The notes under the pieces: model-generated
Databases searched by the model: none
What the model was told of the DNA's origin: nothing
Seen by the model: only the letters and a program-made list of their open reading frames with translations
Program-made: the position numbers and the translations under genes
Assembly (NCBI GenBank): GCA_026026165.1
Contig: JAPEUD010000005.1
Coordinates: 558,001 to 622,000, forward strand
Reading direction: 5' to 3'
DNA from: Sarea resinae
Taxonomy: Eukaryota
DNA length: 64,000 bases
Shown: in pieces, positions 50,778 through 62,474 of the stretch
Layout of the letters: each line of letters begins with the position of its first letter
How positions within the stretch are numbered: position 1 is the first letter of the stretch

Positions 50778-51345
50778 GTTGAAGTGAATCTTGATGAGTT
50801 CGTGCGATCAAAGTGGCCAAGATGGCTTTCGGTCGTTGCTTGTGGAGGAAACTTTTCGAAGAGAATGAGCTTGATTTCTTTAGCGATATGATTAGATGGG
50901 CTCAATGTTGATCTGATCACAGATTAGATAAGATGCATTGAGTCCTCAATGTCGCCATCTCGCCAAAGAAGATTCCGAAGCCGGCGGCGACGTACAAAGT
51001 TACTATGATATGTATTCGTAAGTGGAACCGGAAAAGAAAAGAAACAAAAGGATAAGGAGAAGATCTCCAGTATCTAAACACCATAACCAGAGTCTAAAAA
51101 CATCGAACATCTCCGAGGGAGCCACAGAATCCTCTTTATTATAACCCTCCCCAACACCAGATCAGTCAGACTCGGGCGCGAAAGTTGACCTCATCAGGCT
51201 CGCGATACGGTATTTTATTCGCCATCCAAACACCCCGCCATTGCCCCGCTGTTGGACGACAAGCGCGAATTCCTACCTACACTTTCATCTGTCTTTCCCT
51301 TTTCTGATACTTGACAATACGAAAAGGCATTGAAAATCATTCATC

Positions 51346-52291
51346 ATGTCTACCGTCACGGAGATCACTACGGATGCCGAGTTTTCCCAGCACACTTCCT
51401 CTCTCGCACCGTCGACCCTACTGGTCTTAAACTTCCATACCCCGTGGGCGGCGCCATGCGCACAGATGTCTACCGTGCTCTCGACTCTGGCCTCGTCTTA
51501 TCCGCCCGCCAATCCTCCCACTGTGTCATTCGTTTCTATCAACGCCGAAGATCTACCCGACATCTCCGAAGCATACGATGTTACCGCCGTCCCTTACCTC
51601 GTCCTCATTCGAGGCGGCCAGATCCTCGAGACTGTGTCAGGTAGCGATGCCACAAAAGTCCGTGATGCTGTTGAGCGACATGCTGGCAAGTCCAGCGGGA
51701 GTTCTAGCAACTTCACCATTCCGCCCGCGCAGAAGGTCACTCCGCCGCCCGCGGCCAATGGTGCCTCGAAAAACCTCAGCGGCTATGCACCAACCGCCTC
51801 AGACCCCGCTACAGCCCCAGAGATGACGGACCCAAGCACCACGTCAAAGGAGGAACTGTTCGCACGGCTGACGGAGCTCGTCAAAGCCGCTCCTGTGATG
51901 CTGTTTATGAAGGGTTCGCCAAGTGCGCCACAGTGCGGATTCTCGCGACAGCTGGTGGCTCTTCTGCGCGAGAAGGGTGTGCGATATGGGTTCTTCAACA
52001 TTCTTGCGGATGATGATGTCAGACAGGGCTTGAAAGAATTTGCAGACTGGCCAACGTTCCCACAGTTGTGGGTTGGCGGTGAGTTGGTCGGTGGCTTGGA
52101 CATAGTAAGCTCATCTTCCTTCTGGCTGCTAGCAGCTCTACATGATGATAATGAGTGCTAATAAATTGCTCTGGAAGGTCAAGGAGGAGTTCTCTGCCGA
52201 TCCCGACTTTCTGAATGACTACGCTGTCAAAGCTAATGGGGGCCCTGCGGGGCCAGAGGCTCAAGCAAAGCCTGCGACTGCGAGCGCTTGA
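51346..52291 (+). CDS. GRX4: Cytosolic/nuclear monothiol glutaredoxin (thioredoxin-like + Grx domain), 2 exons
   Basis: Trx-like WAAPC, and Grx domain MLFMKG..PQCGFSRQ..WPTFPQL..GELVGGLDI. Intron at about 52105-52177. Confidence 0.95.
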
Positions 52292-53924
52292 AAATGCTTA
52301 ACGAGAAGCCGGAGCCGGGAAGCCCGACGAAGATCCTCAAAGATAGCGAGAACGAGTCTGAAATTTGGCGTTTGGCTTTGGAAGGTAGAAAAGAAGAGCA
52401 CGACGCGACGCCCCTCTGAGGTACGAAGAACATGCGCGGGGGAATAAACCTCCCGATGACAGACTTGGATGGCGTAACAAAGCGAGCTACTCGGCACTGA
52501 ATTATCGGACATTGAAATTGACGTACGAGCACGCACAAACTTGTATTGCTTCATCCGTACTTGCATCTCCATTTACTGTATCTGTCATATCTATTCGACA
52601 ACGAGCAGACAATTGTGAGCCTGGCAAAGCGCAAAGTCCAAGTGCATTCTATAGACAATCAGAGGTCGTCACTTGAACTGTAGAGATGACCAGGCTCTGC
52701 TATATCGTAGCCGTGATCTTGCATTGATCGTCTCTGTGCCCGTTCTTGTCATGTGCAGGGCAAACCAAGTGACGAACTCAGCCTCTCTACCGTTTACCAG
52801 GTATCGTCGAGGGCATGACTCTCTGACGACCTCAGTCCATCCGCGGTGCATTGGATTTGACACACGCTGAACCGACCCTGTGGGAGAGTCAAGCGTCAAG
52901 AGGAAAGAAGTGGCATTGGTAAGAGGTTGAATGGTCCGGCACCTCAGTTGTGGAGCTGCTGGTCCGCTCTGCAGCTGTCGTCGAGAGCACCCGTGCACCT
53001 CAGCTGTTGCGGTGCTACGTCATTAGACACGCCAGACCGCCGCGGCCACAACGGGGCTGCAGTGTCGCTGTCGTACTCTCGTAGTCGTGGTACTCGGCCG
53101 CAGAAGCCTCAGTCGCCCAGCGGAGATGGCCTTCACCTCATCGTGAACAATCGCACGTCTGCGAAGCACCGAGAAATCGAGGGAAAACACGTTTTCTTCG
53201 TCTTCTGATCTATTACCCTATTGCTGCTCGAATGCAGAATTCAGAATTGGGCGCATAGCATCTAGACGGAACCTCCTCTGAGCCAAGGTGCTTTCCAGGG
53301 CTGTACCTATCTGGGCTGCATCGAGGTACATCGTTAAACGTGTAGCTTTGGGTACAGCGGCAGGTACCGTATCCGAGTACCACTTCGTACCTCTCTTTCA
53401 GTCGGTCAGTCATCTCTCGATCGCCGCACAACTCTTGTCTGTCTCGTCTGTCTGTCTGTCAATCTCGCCCCGGACCAACGAACACCACCCCTACCTACCT
53501 ACTACCTACCTACCCACCACTATCAACTTGTAAAGTGACAGACACTCCACCACCTTCGATCGTCGCCATCTTCGACTCGCAATTCACAGCCGTCATCCCA
53601 CATCCAGCAAGACTTCTTTTCTGTGTATCCCTCTCGCCATCCGCTACCGTACAGTTGGACCTATTCGATCATCCAAGGCGGACGCGCTTGGAGTAGGGCT
53701 TGTTTAGACCAGGACAGCATACCTATCTACCTATCGACTCCCAAATCATCGTCGATATCTCACTCGAAGTTTCACCTAGGTATCGTCCGACCACTCCAGG
53801 AGCAGCTGGACGGATATCATCGCCGGTGACTAAGATTGGAGACGAGGTGCATTGACGGATCACAATTCGGCAGTCTATCAGCACTCATCTCGGCGGGTCG
53901 TTCTGTTGAGGCGGGCTTGGAAAG

Positions 53925-55801
53925 ATGGTAGACGGAGACACGAATTCTCCGACATGGAAGTTCACCCAGTAAGTGAACTTTTGGCTCCTCTATCAACAAA
54001 GGCGGGAAAATTGGGCGGCACGTGTCAGCCTCAGCCATGACGTGCTGGCATACAGAACTCACGACGCTCGACGTTGGCACTTACTGATTCGGTATGCTAG
54101 ATGTTTTGGAGATAAAGGGGATGTAGAGGACATTACGGAAGGTCAGTGGCCCAGAAGACAGCTATTGCGATTTCTATCTTTAACAACCATCTATCAATGG
54201 CAAAGCTGACAAGATGATTAGCGGATATCATATCAACGGTAGAATTCGACCACACTGGTAACTATCTAGCAACGGGTGACAAAGGTGGAAGAGTGGTGCT
54301 ATTTGAGCGGAACGAGACGGTGAGCCGTTCACCTATATTGACCGTCGCTGCTCGGGAGCTAGGGTCAGCCTACGGATATGCAGGGCAGAAAGGCTGATTT
54401 TGCTTCAGAAAAAAACTTGCGAGTACAAGTTTCACACGGAATTTCAGTCCCACGAGCCGGAATTCGATTACCTAAAGTCTCTCGAGATCGAGGAGAAGAT
54501 CAACAAGATAAAATGGTGTAGGAGACAGAATGCGTCTCACTACCTACTATCTACAAACGACAAGACCATCAAATTGTGGAAGGTGTTTGAGAAATCTCTG
54601 AAGGTGGTGGCAGAGAACAATCTGTCGCACGATCTTACCCCAGGCGGCGCCGTTGGCGGGGGTGGCCCTCCGAGGATAAACCCCAATGCTCATTTCCATG
54701 ATGCGTCTGCCCTCAAACTTCCGCGTCTCACACACCACGATACCGTTGTCGCTGCCGTACCTCGACGCACATATGCTAACGCTCATGCCTACCACATCAA
54801 TAGCATCTCCGTGAACAGCGATGGGGAGACATTCATCAGTAGTGACGATCTACGGATCAATCTCTGGAACCTGAACATTCAAGACCAGAGCTTCAACATC
54901 GTCGACATCAAGCCAGCGAACATGGAGGAACTAACTGAGGTCATAACGGCCGCCGAATTCCATCCGCAAAGCTGCAACCTCTTCATGTACGCAAGCTCGA
55001 AGGGGACCATCAAGCTCGCGGATATGCGAGAAAGTGCTCTATGTGACCAGCATGCAAAGCGTATGTGGAGACACGACATGAATTACTGGCGGACGACTGA
55101 CATTTGAGACATAGAATTCGAGCAAGAAGAAGACCCATCTTCGCGTTCATTTTTCTCGGAGATTATCTCATCCATTTCCGATGTTCGATTTTCGTACGAT
55201 GGCCGCTACATTCTCTCCCGCGATTACCTTACCGTCAAGATCTGGGATGTAAATATGGACCGACAGCCCGTCAAGACGATCCCCATCCACGAGCACCTCC
55301 GGCCACGCCTTTGCGATACCTACGAAAACGACAGCATCTTCGACAAGTTCGAAGTTGTCTTCTCGGGCGATGCAAAGAATGTCATGACCGGTAGTTACAA
55401 CAATAATTTTATGATCTATCCCTCGGACCCGGAGAAGGAGATGGAGGTTGTTCTGCAAGCGGACAAGTCCGCCTTCAAGGCCAAGAAGGTCGGCGTTCCT
55501 ACGCCCATCAATCAGTCGACGAGTCCTAATGCTGCTGGGAACAAGAAGGGAGGCTCTCGAGCCAATAGCCCTGCTGGTACGGGAGGTCAAGGTGGTAGGA
55601 TGAGGAAGGAGACGGATGCGGATCAAATTGATTTCAACAAGAAAATATTGCATATGAGCTGGCATCCTTTCGAGGACAGCATAGCCATTGCCGCTACTAA
55701 CAATGTGGGTTTCTTCTCTTTGCCGAAGCTGTCGTCCTTTGTCCGACCATTCGCTAATCTTATTTCTCACGATACAGCTCTTCGTCTTTTCAGCATTGTA
55801 G
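53925..55801 (+). CDS. CDC55: Protein phosphatase 2A regulatory B55 subunit, multi-exon
   Basis: [75 protein letters not shown] and [25 protein letters not shown]. Confidence 0.97.
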
Positions 55802-56125
55802 ACAGATGAAGCACAGACTCGTAAAAAATGGGCCATCTTCCCGACGGTTTCTTCTATCGAATGCAAATTCAATCATCTTGGGTGGCGTTCCTCGTGTCCT
55901 TTGATCTGTTATGTGGTCTCTCTTCCCCCTCTTTCTTCACGAGTTGCATTTTCCTTTGTGAAGAGGCGAGAGGGTAGTAGGAAATGAAGTGATTAGAAAT
56001 CTGAAGGCGGTACGGTACAGAAGCAGGGATAGAGAAGAACGGAGCGGGGAGGAAAGGATGAGTGAGTTGGTGAGTCGAGGAGTAGGACTGAATGTATTGA
56101 AGACGGAGAAGGGGGATCTGTGGTG

Positions 56126-56870
56126 AGCGAGCGAGCAAGCAAGCAAGCGCAGACGACAAGGAATCATACAGTCAATTCGATCCGAGGTATTGTGGATGGA
56201 TGGATGGATGGATGGATTGATGGATGGGTTGATGGATGGATGGATGAATGGATGAATCAATGAATGTGTGGATGGGTGGGTGGGTGGATGATGACGACCA
56301 CTATTTAGAGAGACAACCTGAAGACGAGGCAAGACAAGGCAAGGCAAAGTAGGCAAATCAAACACAGCGATCGATTCTGAGACCAGAACAGCCCAGACCA
56401 GACCAGACCAGACCGGGGCCGACTTATTATACCTTATCTTACCTTACCTCACCGTCCCTTCCCTTACCTAGGTTACCCAGCGAGGAAAGAGATGAAAGAG
56501 ATGATGTTTCAGAATGAAAAGAATGAAATCAAGGGATGAATGACAAGGCACGAGGATCTTTACAATCTTGTTTATAGGTGGTGGGGAGCGGGAGGAGATG
56601 AAGGAGGATAAGGGAGACAGCGAGGGACGAAAGGAATGAGTTGATCATTAGATAGAAATAGGCGTCCTTTGCTTTTCTTATTGAAACCATCCCTCTGCCT
56701 TCTCTTTGATCTCGTCTTTTTACTCATCCTGCTTGACTGCTTGCTTGCTTGCCTACCTGCTTGTCCCTTGAGAATAGACGGCTGGCTGGCTGGATGGTTG
56801 GATTGGATGGATAGATGGATAGATGGATAGATGGATACTTGGATAGATAGATAAATGGGTATATGCGTGC
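56126..56870. repeat. Microsatellite-rich intergenic tract: (GCAA)n, (GGAT)n, (CCAGA)n, (GATA/GATG)n
   Basis: Direct reading; lies between the convergent CDC55 and SUA5 3' ends. Confidence 0.8.
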
Positions 56871-57000
56871 GCACAGCAACAATTCCGAATTCTAGAATGC
56901 GTTAAAACCTCTCTCTCTTGTGCATGATTGTATAGCACACTTTTCTAGATACTATTTCTTGCATCTAGGAGTCTTTAGCTATTCAGCTATGGTGACCTAT

Positions 57001-57084
57001 CCTCATCCTCATCCTCATCCTCATCCTCATCCTCATCCTCATCCTCATCCTCATCCTCATCCTCATCCTCATCCTCATCCTCAT
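57001..57084. repeat. Perfect hexamer microsatellite (CCTCAT)14
   Basis: Direct count. Confidence 0.95.
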
Positions 57085-57410
57085 CCTCGTCCCTGTCCTG
57101 CCCTGTCCTGTCCTGTCCCTGTCGTAGCAGGGTCTGGGTCAGGGTCTGGGTGTGATGGAATAATAAATCACACGTCTAGGGTCTAGAGTCTATAGTAACT
57201 AACGCCGATGTTTTCCCGTTTGATCAAGGGGAGCTGGTCGTGTGAGGTCGTGTTATGTGAGGTTGTGTTATGTCACGTCGTGTCGTATCAGGTTGTGTCA
57301 GGTCGTGTGAGGTTATGCCATGTTATGTTATGGTATACGATACCATGGCCGTTGTCCTTGTTGCTGTTGTTGATATATGGATCGATTGATCGATTGCTTG
57401 AAAAAAAGCA

Positions 57411-59081
57411 TCAGCCAAGCCGGACGACCTCGCCCGCGGCTTTCCGGAGCCGATTCATGACTGCGGCGGCTATATCGCCTCCGCCTCCGCGTGAGCTATC
57501 CTTTGCACTGTCACTACCCCTACCACTGCCACTGCCACTGCCACTGCCACTCTCGTGGCCACCATCACCATCATCAGCAGCAGTAGCCTCATCGTCGTCG
57601 GAGATCCCCTCGACCAAGATGACGTCCACGCGCAACTCGTCCAGGGCGCGCAGAGCGGAGAACAAACCCCGCGCGATCTCGGCCGTCGAGGCGCCGAGGG
57701 CGATACTGCGGATTTGTAGCATTTTTTCTCCGTCTTGGTCTTGGTCTTGACCTAGGCCTTTGGGGGATGATGAACAGAGTGCGAGATGCTGGGTTATGAC
57801 ATTGTGAGGTAAGAGGGCGGGGGTGGTTTCCGAGAGGAGGGGCAAGGAGGACGAGGTCGGCGAAGAGGAAGAGGTGGTAGAGGCGGGCGGAAGAGACGGG
57901 TATTTCGTCATCTCTGCGCCCGGCTGGAAGGGCGGCGTCCAGAACTTGGTTGTTATGATGCCGATGTGCGTTTTATCGCCAATGTAACGCCGGATGAAAG
58001 CTGGTGATAGTGGATATGGTCCTGGCCTCTGCTTGTTACCGTTGCTGACACCGGCACCAGCACTATCACCAGCAGAACAGCCCTCGAATAATATCACTGC
58101 TGCCCGCGGCGAGTAATGCTTGTATTTCATGCCTGGCGCCCGTGGCGCTTTATCCCCGATCTGCGGCGCGTCTTTGTAACCGATGACGACTTTTTCCCAG
58201 CCGGGACAGGAGCGCAACTGGTCTATGCTTATGCCGCCTGGTCTGAGCACGCAAGGCGGATTGCTCAGGCCATCTACGACCGTGCTCTCAACTCCCACGC
58301 TGCATGGTCCCCCGTCGAGGATGATCTCAATGCGCCCGTTCAGGTCGTGCAGGACGTGCTGGGCGGTCGTGGGCGAGGGTTTTGTGGAGGCGTTTGCAGA
58401 GGGGGCGGCGAGCGGTTTCGAGGCTGCGTGGATGAGGGCGAGCGCGAGAAGGGAGGATGGCAGGCGTGCGCCGAAGGTCTGGAGAGTAGAGGTGACTTCG
58501 GGTGCTAGAGGAGACGGAGAAGGGAGCGGGAGAAGGATCGTTAGTGGTCCGGGCCAGAAACGCCGGATTAATGGATGGTAGATTGTGGGGATGGGGTCGT
58601 TATTATCATTATCGCCGTTCTGGCTAGCTCCCTTGTTGTTGAATTGTGCGTGTGGTGCTGGCGAAGGATGGATGAGGCTTCGGAGCTGCGCGAGTGAGCA
58701 GACGTGGACGATGAGAGGATTATCCGACGGTCGCTGCTTGGCTCTATAGATTCCCTGCACGGCTGAGCTTCTCGTGGCATCCGCGCCGAGACCGTAAACG
58801 GTTTCCGTGGGGAATGCGACGGGGATATCTGTTGTGCGAAGGTGTGCTGCCGCTTCTCTGAGGCGCGCCGCGTCGGGACTGTTCTCATCCAGTTCTAAAA
58901 CCCAGTCGTCTCGCGGGTCAAGATGCCAGGGGTCTCTGAGAGTTTCTTCAGAGCCACGCCATGAGATACGTCCAATCTTTGATGGGTCGACAGTAAGAAT
59001 GCGCGTCTCGCGCGTACTGGGGGGATTCGGTGCCGCGACGGGATCAGACATGTTGCGCGCCATGGTGGAGAGCAAGCGCAT
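57411..59081 (-). CDS. SUA5: Threonylcarbamoyl-AMP synthase Sua5 (t6A tRNA modification), single exon, start uncertain
   Basis: VAFPTETVYGLGADA, KQRPSDNPLIVH, FWPGPLT, APSANAS, GVESTVVD, APGMKYKHYSP and AAAVMNRLRKAA. Three in-frame ATGs at 59081, 59063 and 59051. Confidence 0.96.
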   Translation of the reverse strand: MRLLSTMARNMSDPVAAPNPPSTRETRILTVDPSKIGRISWRGSEETLRDPWHLDPRDDWVLELDENSPDAARLREAAAHLRTTDIPVAFPTETVYGLGADATRSSAVQGIYRAKQRPSDNPLIVHVCSLAQLRSLIHPSPAPHAQFNNKGASQNGDNDNNDPIPTIYHPLIRRFWPGPLTILLPLPSPSPLAPEVTSTLQTFGARLPSSLLALALIHAASKPLAAPSANASTKPSPTTAQHVLHDLNGRIEIILDGGPCSVGVESTVVDGLSNPPCVLRPGGISIDQLRSCPGWEKVVIGYKDAPQIGDKAPRAPGMKYKHYSPRAAVILFEGCSAGDSAGAGVSNGNKQRPGPYPLSPAFIRRYIGDKTHIGIITTKFWTPPFQPGAEMTKYPSLPPASTTSSSSPTSSSLPLLSETTPALLPHNVITQHLALCSSSPKGLGQDQDQDGEKMLQIRSIALGASTAEIARGLFSALRALDELRVDVILVEGISDDDEATAADDGDGGHESGSGSGSGSGRGSDSAKDSSRGGGGDIAAAVMNRLRKAAGEVVRLG

Positions 59082-59659
59082 GAAACAGCGGCGAGATACT
59101 GAAGGCCCAGCAAGACAAATACGCCTCCTTCCAAAAGCTACTGTATTGGCCGTTTTGGATGATTTGGTGGAAACCCCTGCTTGAGAGCTCAGGGCGTGAA
59201 TGGAGAGGTCTGGGGATGCTTGCGATGCTTTTGAAGGAGAATGCTCATGACGAGGGTTCCTGAGGGCTCTGGATGAAAGCGTGACAGGCAAATTGATTCA
59301 TAAGTCAGCGTCACATAATCGATAAGGGGCCGCGGCTCTTTGGATTCTAGATCCCGCGTCATATGCTGGTGATTGTTGTGGGGAAGAGTCAATTGGAGTT
59401 GAAGATGAAGACCAATGACACTTTTTTGTGAGTCGCACGGAGTATTTCGTACTCGGTACGTCACACGACAGATTCCGAGCCGGGACTTCCCACCAATCTT
59501 TCCTCACCCAGATTGGATTACAGATCGAGTTGAATGAATTCAATCTTCGGGATCAATACTGTCATCGGCCAACCTTGCTGAATTGCCCGAAGTCCGCCTT
59601 CCTCCTGCGCGGCTTATACTCCATTCAGAGTCAAGTCCAGTCAAGTCGAGATTACGACA

Positions 59660-60240
59660 ATGGCACCTTCACGAGCGAGCATCGTCTTCAATGCGAGCAG
59701 TGTCGCCCGAATCACCCGGCAATCAATAAATCGACGCACGCTCACACAAGCTTCTTCGTTCCGACGAGCAGCCTCCGTTCCTGTCCGAATCCTTTCGCCG
59801 TCGACTTGTCGAGAAAGGCATTACTCTACCCCCTCGGATGTTGTGACTGAAGCCAAAAGCGCTGTTGACGCCGCCTCAAGCTCGCCCTCGCAAGAAGGCC
59901 TACCGGAGCCACCGACCTATCTGTCTGAAGGCGAACGGCATGTCTTCGACAAATTGCAGCAAGAGCTGACCCCTACGGAACTCGAGGTATGATTTCACAT
60001 CCTGGAAGCCGTCAATCCAGCCTATAGAGTTAGGCGGCTTGCTTTTTACCCCGATGTTCACCATCCGTCTAGGTCCAAGACATCTCTGGTGGCTGCGGTA
60101 GCATGTATGCCATTTCAATTACAGGCGCCCCACAGTTCCGAGGGCTTTCAACGATCAAGCAACACCGGCTTGTAAATGACGTGCTTGGAGACGAAATCAA
60201 GAGTTGGCACGGCGTGCAGTTGCGTACCAAGATTGAGTGA
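59660..60240 (+). CDS. Mitochondrial BolA-family protein (Bol3/Aim1 type), 2 exons
   Basis: Long Arg/Ser/Thr presequence; intron at about 59987-60072; LEVQDISGGCGSMYAISI..FRGLSTIKQHRLVNDVLGDEIKSWHGVQLRT. Confidence 0.9.
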
Positions 60241-61190
60241 AGGGTTCTTGAGGTTCGATGTACGTCGAGATCGCGGTACGGTTAGGTATAATGGGATCAC
60301 ATTGATGGGAAAGTGGTATGAATTGGCTTGCAAGGGCGCTAGGCTGTGCAGGGACGTGGATCTCTTCAGGGGCAATGAGGTCTTAAGCCAACAGTGAAGA
60401 GATGGATGGATGGTCGGGCTGCCAGGAATCATCGTTGGGCGTGATCAAGTCCGAGATCTTCCCCGCCGCGTGGCTTGGAGAGGGAGGGGGCAGAAGGGCG
60501 TTTTACAGAATGCCATCCCGCTGCCTACGAGGCGCGAAGGACAAGGCAATGGAATAGCGTTTGAAGATAAAACCTTCTCACGCATCGATAACTTTGTACT
60601 TCTACTGTCCTGAATCGGGGCCAAAATACTCGTCGGCAATTGCCTTACTGTCTTGACTAGACTGGGAGATGAGTGATCGATTAGTAGTATCCTTGCAACA
60701 TGTTATGACTGGGAGGGAAACACGGACCTGAAGAAAAAAGAGTTGAAGCGGCGTCCCCACCAGAGTAATCGGAATCGAATGATACCCTCCCCCATCCCAT
60801 CCTTCGAAAAGTACATGGATGAGAGAGAGGTATGCTGCGTATTGCACTTAAGTGTCGCACCCTCCAAGGAGAAGCACACACAATCTTCGCAACGGCTCTC
60901 CCATAGGGACCTGACCACCTGGGACTTCTTCTTCCCGGAGGAATATGCAAGCCAGGAGCCAGCCCTGAAGTTTCTGATGCCAATTGCAGACGTGAATTCA
61001 CGTCAGACCCTCACGGGCAGTGCCAGCTTGCCAACTGCCTCGCGGCAGATGGAAGGGGCGTGAAGAGATGAAGAGTACTCCGAATTTCTCATTTGCAAGA
61101 TGGTGGAGATTGATGCGAGATCAAAATCCTTGACAGCGTGAGCTATCTATGTGTAGCAAAGAAACGCAGCATTGGTGAGGACGACGCTTG

Positions 61191-61213
61191 AAGAAGAAGA
61201 AGAAGAAGAAGAA
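61191..61213. repeat. (AAG)n trinucleotide microsatellite
   Basis: Direct reading of the sequence. Confidence 0.85.
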
Positions 61214-61396
61214 GCAGAAGAGAGAAAGGGAAGAAGAAGCGAAGAAGATGGGCATGAGTAAGAGGTGTCTCGCTAAAGGTTCCTATGCGAGTGAATGCTG
61301 CATGAACAGGATGGAATCGGGAAGTCGTGGGGTCTCGACGTCGTTACAGCCGCAGGCAGGGACCAGGCTGTGACTGGCCAGGAACCCGCCGACCGT

Positions 61397-61397
<1 letters not shown>

Positions 61398-61440
<43 letters not shown>
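61398..61440. repeat. Poly(C) homopolymer, 43 nt
   Basis: Direct count. Confidence 0.95.
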
Positions 61441-61443
<3 letters not shown>

Positions 61444-62474
61444 CCCCTCTCCCCCTCTCCCCCTCTCCCTCCCCATCACCACCACCACCCCCACCCTGCT
61501 TCGCACTACCAGGTCCAGAGTAGAGTGCTATCCCTGGCCCTGGCCCGGCTTGCATGCCAAATCACGATGAAACCGTCTACATAGTAGATCAAATCAAACA
61601 TCCTCTGTCCCCGTAGCACGAACTTCCTCCTCCTGCGCCGTAAGAGAGCTCTTGGCCACTAAGATAGCTCCAAGGCCTGGCCCTCAGGCTGCAGAAAACC
61701 CCATGCATCGCATGCACCGATCAAGGCGCAACGCATGCATCATTCGGCATCTGATTGAAGATCCCAAAGCGCGGGAAGCCTTGGAGAGTAAAACAAGGAG
61801 GGTCTCACAGCTCCAGCTCAGACACCTGACTTGAAGCACCAGCAGCATGTGTTTCTGCTCCCCTGATCAGACCTTCCCACGGCTGCCGTCTCTGATCTAC
61901 TGCGTACATGCCCTCCTTTGAACCTACTGCCCATTTTCATTTGCTTGTCCCTGAGACCTGTCTGTCCGCCCTCTGCAACCTCGTCCTCTCGATGGCTCGA
62001 GCAGGGTTGAGATTCGAAGGCTTCTCCCTGCCGAAAAGCGTGGACGTCTACCGTCCACTAGAATCTCTGCTTCTTTACTTTCTCTATCGATCAGAAGCTA
62101 TGAGATTATTTTTCTACACTTTTCCATGATATCGATTCGTCCAGTATGATCCTATAGCCAGACTGCTACTCGTCCAAGTGTTTCGCGACAGCACGGACCC
62201 TAGAAAGCTCGGCCTTTCGTTGGCTACCGATGGGTCCAGCGCATCAAGCCCTACCGACGGCACATCATAACGCTTGCTTGAATGAACTACAGACATATTG
62301 GTGGTGGTTTTTGAAAATGATATAAGTTGCCTTGTTTGCTCGTATATTTTCCCATTACATGACGTCCGTCTGCGAATGCAGTTCAGGCCCTGACTAGAAG
62401 CTCGACCAATTCTCTATTTGAAAGGCCAGAGGAACATATGAGGTGGACGATTTGATCCGTCCCCTTTACACAAG

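Noticed and set aside
56920..57186. ORF encoding (Pro-His)n
   Set aside because: Simple translation of the (CCTCAT)14 microsatellite; no coding context. The repeat is not the TTAGGG telomere unit.
61273..61584. Poly-Pro / poly-Gly ORFs
   Set aside because: Products of the C43 homopolymer.
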